Below are positions 59,086-64,000 of a DNA stretch of 64,000 bases, piece after piece (positions within the stretch are counted from its first letter, which is position 1; every line of letters begins with the position of its first letter). Made by a program: the position numbers and the translations under genes. Below the pieces are notes generated by a model. The model had not been told where the DNA came from, did no database searches, and worked only from the letters and a program-made list of their open reading frames with translations. The stretch comes from Escherichia coli. Its GTDB lineage: Bacteria; Pseudomonadota; Gammaproteobacteria; Enterobacterales; Enterobacteriaceae. The stretch lies in NCBI RefSeq assembly GCF_013315695.1, contig NZ_CP054353.1. One strand, 5' to 3'.

Positions 59086-60221
59086 CAGAACACCCTTTTA
59101 CCCTGACGCCAGACGTGGTCGATATGAATGTGGTTGCCCTTGCGATGCGCCAGCACCAGGTCGGCGCGTTTGCCCTCGCCAATCACCCCGCGATCCTGAA
59201 GATTAAGCGCCTGCGCCGGATTTTTAGTCACCAGCTTCACCGCCTGCGGCAGCGTAAAGCGGTTGCTCTCGTCATCGGCGACGCGAAATGCCGCATCGAG
59301 CAGGCTGGCGGGGTAGTAGTCGGAAGAGAGGATATCCAGCAGGCCAAGCTGCGCCAGTTCACTGGCCGCCACGTTGCCGGAGTGCGAACCGCCGCGCACG
59401 ATATTCGGCGCGCCCATCAGCACGTTCATGCCATGCTTGCGCGAGGCTTCTGCCGCTTCGAACGTGGTGGGAAATTCGGCGATCACGCTGCCAAGTTGGT
59501 GGGATTCGGCAACGTGGGCGTGCGTGGCGTCATCGTGGCTGGCGAGGGCAATGTGTCGCGCGCGGCACATTGCGGCGATAGTTTCGCGATTAGGCTGTGA
59601 CCAGCGTGCGGCAAGCGCCAGCTGTTCCTCTTCGTACTGCTGCATCTGCGCATCGGTGAGGGAATATTTGCCCTGATAATATTCGCGATACTTCTCGCGA
59701 TTGGCGAACTGGCGCTGGCCTGGCGAGTGGTCCATCAGCGATACCAGCGTCACCGGTTCGCGCTGCACCAGTTTTTCAAACAGCGGCAACGTGGTGTGGT
59801 GCGGCAGTTCGCAGCGCAGGTGCAGGCGGTGCTCGGCGCGGTTGACGCCGCGTTTCTGCGTCTCTTCGATGGCGTTGATCATCTTCTCCAGATTCTCCAG
59901 CCGATCGCCGCCGTCGCGCACGTCGCCAATCGCCACGGCGTCCAGTACGGTGGTTATGCCGCTTGCCACCATCAGCGCGTCGTGGCTACTCATTGCCGAA
60001 TGGGCGGGCCAGTCGACTTTCGGGCGCGGGGTGAAGAATTTATCGAGGTTGTCGGTATGCAGCTCAATCAGCCCCGGCAGCAGCCAGCCACCTTCGCCGT
60101 CCATCGCTTCCGGCTGGCAGCTCTGGCTTTCGGCAAAGGCGCGAATTTCGCCATCCTGTACTTCCAGTGAACCGTGCACCACTTCGTTTTCCAGCACCAG
60201 TTTGACGTTATTGATAATCAT
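59085..60221 (-). CDS. phnM: Phosphonate pathway amidohydrolase-family enzyme PhnM (378 aa)
   Basis: Metal-dependent hydrolase motifs (HTD...); 378 aa. Confidence 0.92.
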   Translation of the reverse strand: MIINNVKLVLENEVVHGSLEVQDGEIRAFAESQSCQPEAMDGEGGWLLPGLIELHTDNLDKFFTPRPKVDWPAHSAMSSHDALMVASGITTVLDAVAIGDVRDGGDRLENLEKMINAIEETQKRGVNRAEHRLHLRCELPHHTTLPLFEKLVQREPVTLVSLMDHSPGQRQFANREKYREYYQGKYSLTDAQMQQYEEEQLALAARWSQPNRETIAAMCRARHIALASHDDATHAHVAESHQLGSVIAEFPTTFEAAEASRKHGMNVLMGAPNIVRGGSHSGNVAASELAQLGLLDILSSDYYPASLLDAAFRVADDESNRFTLPQAVKLVTKNPAQALNLQDRGVIGEGKRADLVLAHRKGNHIHIDHVWRQGKRVF

Positions 60222-60898
60222 GAAGAGACTCCCATTGGGTGCAGGCGGTCGGCGACGTCATTGCGTATGGCTTCGTCATGGAAGATACCGACGATGGCCG
60301 CGCCACGGGCTTTGGCTTCGCGAATGAGTTCCACCACCGCGGCGCTGTTTTTGGCGTCCAGCGAGGCGGTGGGTTCATCCAGCAGCAGAATCGGATAGTC
60401 GACGATAAAGCCACGGGCGATGTTGACGCGCTGCTGTTCGCCGCCGGAGAAGGTCGAGGGTGCCAGGTGCCACAGGCGTTCAGGCACGTTCAGGCGCGTC
60501 AGTAATCGGGCGGCTTTAGCGGCGCAGGCTTCACGCGGTACGCCGGTATCGAGCAGCGGCTGCATCACCACTTCCAGTGCCGAAATACGCGGGATGACGC
60601 GCAGAAACTGGCTCACCCAGCCGATGGTGGTTTTGCGGATCTCCACCACTTTGCGGGCTGGCGCGGTGACCAGGTCTACCCATTCCTCACCGTGTTTGAT
60701 CTGGATTTGCCCTTCGTTGGGCAGATAGTTGGCGTACAGCGAGCGCAGCAGGGTTGATTTTCCGCTGCCGGAGTGGCCGTGAAGCACCACGCATTCGCCT
60801 GCGTTGACGGTGAGCGAGGCACGTTGTAAGACGGGCAGGCGCACGCCGTTTTGCTGGTGCAGGATGAAGGTTTTACTGACGTTTTGTACGTTAATCAT
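60218..60898 (-). CDS. phnL: C-P lyase ABC-type ATPase PhnL (226 aa)
   Basis: Walker [10 protein letters not shown], signature FSGGEQQR. Confidence 0.9.
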   Translation of the reverse strand: MINVQNVSKTFILHQQNGVRLPVLQRASLTVNAGECVVLHGHSGSGKSTLLRSLYANYLPNEGQIQIKHGEEWVDLVTAPARKVVEIRKTTIGWVSQFLRVIPRISALEVVMQPLLDTGVPREACAAKAARLLTRLNVPERLWHLAPSTFSGGEQQRVNIARGFIVDYPILLLDEPTASLDAKNSAAVVELIREAKARGAAIVGIFHDEAIRNDVADRLHPMGVSS

Positions 60899-60924
60899 TT
60901 TTCGCCTCGTGGTTCGCATATTGG

Positions 60925-61074
60925 GGATCGGCGCGCGCATTGCCCCTCACCCTAACCCTCTCCCCGAAGGGGCGAGGGGACCGATTGTGCGCGGTGTTGA
61001 ATACGGCACGTTTTTCTCCCTCTCCCTCCGGGAGAGGGCCGGGGTGAGGGGACCAGCGCGCACGGTGTTGCAAC
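60925..61074. repeat. GC-rich palindromic repeat element (two related units) in the phnK-phnL intergenic spacer
   Basis: Unit 1 ccctctcccc-gaa-ggggcgaggggacc...gcgcggtgttg; unit 2 ccctctccctccgggagaggg...ggggtgaggggaccagcgcgcacggtgttg; outer arms gcccctcaccc / gggtgagggg are mutually complementary. Confidence 0.6.
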
Positions 61075-61833
61075 TCAATTCTGCAAAACAGATGACACCA
61101 GCAGCTGGGTATACGGGTGATGCGGGTCGTCGAGCACGCGGTCGGTTAACCCACTCTCCACTACTTGCCCCTGCTTCATCACCAGCAAACGGTCCGCCAG
61201 CAGGCGGGCGACGCCTAAATCGTGGGTGACAATCACCACCGCCAGGTTCAGCTCCACCACCAGGCCGCGCAGCAGGTCGAGCAGGCGCGCCTGCACAGAT
61301 ACATCCAGCCCGCCGGTTGGCTCGTCCATAAATACCAGCTTCGGATGCGTCGCCAGGTTGCGGGCAATCTGCAAACGCTGCTGCATACCGCCGGAAAAGG
61401 TGGTCGGCAGGTCGTCGATCCGGTTGGCGGGAATTTCCACCTCTTCCAGCCACTTCTGCGTGGTGGCACGAATATCGCCGTAATGACGCGCCCCGGTCGC
61501 CATCAGCCGCTCGCCGATATTGCCGCCTGCCGACACCTGGCGGCGCAGGCCGTCGAGTGGATGCTGATGCACCACGCCCCATTCGGTGCGCAGCAGGCGA
61601 CGGCGGTCGGCCTCGCTCATGCCATAGAGGGAACGGTTTTCATAGCGAATCTCCCCCTGCTGCGGCGTCAGGCGCGCGGAGATCGACTTCAGCAGCGTGG
61701 TCTTCCCGGAGCCGGATTCCCCGACGATGCCCAGCACTTCCCCCGGCCATAAATCAAAAGAGACATCGCTAAAGCCTTTGCCCGGCGCGTAAAGGTGGGT
61801 CAGGTTATTGACCGAAAGTAACGGTTGATTCAT
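61075..61833 (-). CDS. phnK: C-P lyase ABC-type ATPase PhnK (252 aa)
   Basis: Walker A GESGSGKTT, signature FSGGMQQR; start overlaps the phnJ stop. Confidence 0.9.
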   Translation of the reverse strand: MNQPLLSVNNLTHLYAPGKGFSDVSFDLWPGEVLGIVGESGSGKTTLLKSISARLTPQQGEIRYENRSLYGMSEADRRRLLRTEWGVVHQHPLDGLRRQVSAGGNIGERLMATGARHYGDIRATTQKWLEEVEIPANRIDDLPTTFSGGMQQRLQIARNLATHPKLVFMDEPTGGLDVSVQARLLDLLRGLVVELNLAVVIVTHDLGVARLLADRLLVMKQGQVVESGLTDRVLDDPHHPYTQLLVSSVLQN

Positions 61834-62675
61834 TGGTTTTTTGCCTCGCTCTGTTGGCGGCAATAATCGGTATCGGAGCAGACAAACATGCGGTTTCCGG
61901 CGTCATCCAGCACCACTTCATCAAGATAGCTGTGGGTCGATCCGCAGATGGCGCATGGCTCATTCCACTGCTGAACGGTGAACGGGTGATCGTCGAAATC
62001 TAGGCTTTCCACGCGGGTAAACGGCGGCACCGCATAGATGCGCTTCTCGCGCCCCGCGCCGAACAGTTGCAGGGCGGGCATCATGTCCATTTTTGGGTTA
62101 TCGAATTTCGGGATCGGCGACGGGTCCATTACGTAGCGCCCGTTTACCTTCACCGGATAGGCGTAGGTGGTGGCGATATGACCGAAGCGGGCGATATCTT
62201 CATACAGTTTCACCTGCATCACGCCGTACTCCTCCAGCGCGTGCATGGTGCGGGTTTCCGTTTCGCGCGGCTCGATAAAGCGCAGCGGTTCGGGGATCGG
62301 CACTTGGAAAATAATGATCTGATCTTCGGTCAGCGGCGTTTCGGGGATGCGGTGGCGCGTCTGGATAAGCGTCGCATCGTCCGTACGTTCAGTGGTGTTT
62401 ACCCCGGTCACGCGCTTAAAGAAGTTACGGATCGACACCGCGTTGGTGGTGTCGTCCGCGCCCTGGTCAATCACCTTCAGCACATCGCTTTCGCCAATCA
62501 CGCTGGCGGTAAGCTGTATGCCGCCGGTTCCCCAGCCGTAGGGCATCGGCATCTCGCGCCCGCCAAACGGCACCTGATAACCGGGGATCGCCACCGCTTT
62601 TAAGATGGCGCGGCGGATCATGCGTTTGGTCTGCTCGTCGAGGTAGGCAAAGTTGTAGCCGCTCAGATTAGCCAT
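61830..62675 (-). CDS. phnJ: C-P lyase catalytic subunit PhnJ (281 aa)
   Basis: MANLSGYNFAYLDEQTKRMIRRAILKAVAIPGYQVPF...; C-terminal Cys cluster CAICGSTHSYLDEV...CSDTDYC. Confidence 0.93.
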   Translation of the reverse strand: MANLSGYNFAYLDEQTKRMIRRAILKAVAIPGYQVPFGGREMPMPYGWGTGGIQLTASVIGESDVLKVIDQGADDTTNAVSIRNFFKRVTGVNTTERTDDATLIQTRHRIPETPLTEDQIIIFQVPIPEPLRFIEPRETETRTMHALEEYGVMQVKLYEDIARFGHIATTYAYPVKVNGRYVMDPSPIPKFDNPKMDMMPALQLFGAGREKRIYAVPPFTRVESLDFDDHPFTVQQWNEPCAICGSTHSYLDEVVLDDAGNRMFVCSDTDYCRQQSEAKNQ

Positions 62676-63732
62676 GGTTCTGCTCCTGTTGCAGACGTTT
62701 GAGTAGCTCCAGTTCGGCCTGGAAATCGACGTAGTGCGGGAGTTTAAGGTGCGAGACAAAGCCTGCGGCTTCGACGTTGTCGGCATGCGCCAGCACGAAC
62801 TCTTCATCCTGCGCCGGGCCTGTCGCGTGCTCGCCGTACTCCGGGGCTTGTAGAGCGCGGTCAACCAGCGCCATCGCCATCGCTTTGCGCTCGCTCATGC
62901 CGAACACCAGCCCGTAGCCGCGCGTGAAGTGCGGCGGCTCATCCGGCGGGTCGATAAAACCGTTGACCATTTCACATTCGGTCATCAGCAGTTCGCCGAC
63001 GTTCACCGCAAATCCCAGCTCTTCCGGCACAATCGACACGTCGATATAGCCGCTGCGGATTTCGCCTGCGAACGGATGATTGCGTCCGTAACCACGCTGG
63101 GTGGAGTAGGCCAGCGCCAGCAAATAGCCTTCGTCGCCGCGCATTAATTGTTGCAGGCGGGAGGAGCGTGAGCAGGGGTAAACCGGCGGCGTGCGGGTGA
63201 TGTCGTCCGGCTGTGCGCCGCTATCTTCTTCAAACTTCGCCAGCCCCTGACGCGCCAGCAGGCTGAAAACGTGCGGCGACGGCTGTTGTTCGCTGTCGGC
63301 TGTGGTCAGCGTCGGCGCTTCGCCGTTTGCCAGCAGGGTGAAATCGAGCAGGCGATGGGTGTAGTCGTAGGTTGGGCCAAGCAGCTGGCCGCCGGGAATA
63401 TCTTTATAAACCGCTGAAATACGCCGTTCGAGACGCATCTCCGTGGTGTCGAGCGGCTCGCTTACTGCGAGCTTCGCCAGCGTGGTGCGGTAGGCGCGCA
63501 GCAGGAAAATTGCTTCGACGTTATCGCCGCTGGCCTGTTTCAGCGCCAGCGCCGCCAGTTCGCGATCGGCAATGCCGCCTTCGGTCATCACGCGATCTAC
63601 TGCAAGATTAAGCTGCTGTTCAATCTGGGCGACGCTCAGTTCAGGCAAATCGGTATTGCCCCGGCGTCGGCTCTCTTGCAGGGCGTGGGCGGCGTCGATC
63701 GCCTTTTCGCCCCCTTTCACGGCAACGTACAT
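62668..63732 (-). CDS. phnI: C-P lyase core complex subunit PhnI (354 aa)
   Basis: [25 protein letters not shown]...; overlaps the phnJ start. Confidence 0.93.
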   Translation of the reverse strand: MYVAVKGGEKAIDAAHALQESRRRGNTDLPELSVAQIEQQLNLAVDRVMTEGGIADRELAALALKQASGDNVEAIFLLRAYRTTLAKLAVSEPLDTTEMRLERRISAVYKDIPGGQLLGPTYDYTHRLLDFTLLANGEAPTLTTADSEQQPSPHVFSLLARQGLAKFEEDSGAQPDDITRTPPVYPCSRSSRLQQLMRGDEGYLLALAYSTQRGYGRNHPFAGEIRSGYIDVSIVPEELGFAVNVGELLMTECEMVNGFIDPPDEPPHFTRGYGLVFGMSERKAMAMALVDRALQAPEYGEHATGPAQDEEFVLAHADNVEAAGFVSHLKLPHYVDFQAELELLKRLQQEQNHG

Positions 63733-64000
63733 CAGCACACCTCCACATGAGTGGTTCGCGGGATAGCCAGCAGACGCTCGCCGCAAGTCAGGATCAGGTC
63801 GATGCCGAGCGGGAATGGGTGCGGGCGCTCGGTGAGTTCGTGCAGAATGCACTCTGGCAGCTGCGGGGCGATCATTCGTTCTTCGGCAATGCCCGCGCCG
63901 GTAAGGCGCAACATACGCCCGCCGCTCAGGCTGGCGACCTGTAAAATCAGCGTCGCACCTGCTTCCGGCGCAACAGCGGTGCCGGTGGAAAGGGCGTTGA
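63732..64000 (-). CDS. phnH: C-P lyase subunit PhnH, 3' part (partial, runs off window end)
   Basis: C-terminal translation ...[62 protein letters not shown]; stop overlaps the phnI start (ATGA). Confidence 0.85.

Noticed and set aside
60925-61074. Possibility that the phnK-phnL repeats are a CRISPR array or a gene
   Set aside because: There are only two units, they are palindromic, and there is no spacer-repeat periodicity. ORFs called across it (60891-61073; 60947-61582) are antisense artefacts with Arg/Pro/Gly-rich nonsense.

Overview
This window is an Escherichia coli chromosomal segment with a K-12-like backbone running from the 3' end of tyrB to phnH. Gene order, identified by reading the translations and from recall of the E. 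coli map, is tyrB' - aphA - yjbQ - yjbR - uvrA - ssb - [inserted island] - yjcB - pdeC - soxS/soxR - ghxP - [IS4] - yjcE - actP-yjcH-acs - nrfABCDEFG - gltP - yjcO - fdhF - mdtPONytcA - yjcS - alsKECAB-rpiR - rpiB - yjdP - phnPONMLKJIH'. Three things are not ordinary backbone. (1) An island of about 11.8 kb sits between ssb and yjcB (about 6598-18370). It opens with three tandem tyrosine recombinases plus a small overlapping gene, an arrangement like GInt (ginABCD) or recombinase-in-trio elements. Its cargo is strongly AT-rich: a 1587-aa STAND-type P-loop NTPase with an unassigned N-terminal domain of about 220 aa, a small Cys-rich basic ORF, and a divergently oriented AbiGi-like 273-aa gene. 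I regard this cargo as a candidate, apparently uncharacterised, anti-phage or conflict module and the most interesting part of the window. (2) A complete 1426-bp IS4 copy with a perfect 13-bp target-site duplication is inserted into the ghxP terminator hairpin, upstream of yjcE. (3) Two backbone genes carry in-frame nonsense codons: yjcS (TAG) and alsC (TAA). Also present are the fdhF selenocysteine UGA with its SECIS hairpin and sigma-54 promoter, LexA and SoxR operators, REP elements, and a GC-rich palindromic repeat between phnK and phnL. No rRNA, tRNA or CRISPR arrays were seen. All family and gene assignments are from reading the sequence and recall; no database search was run.
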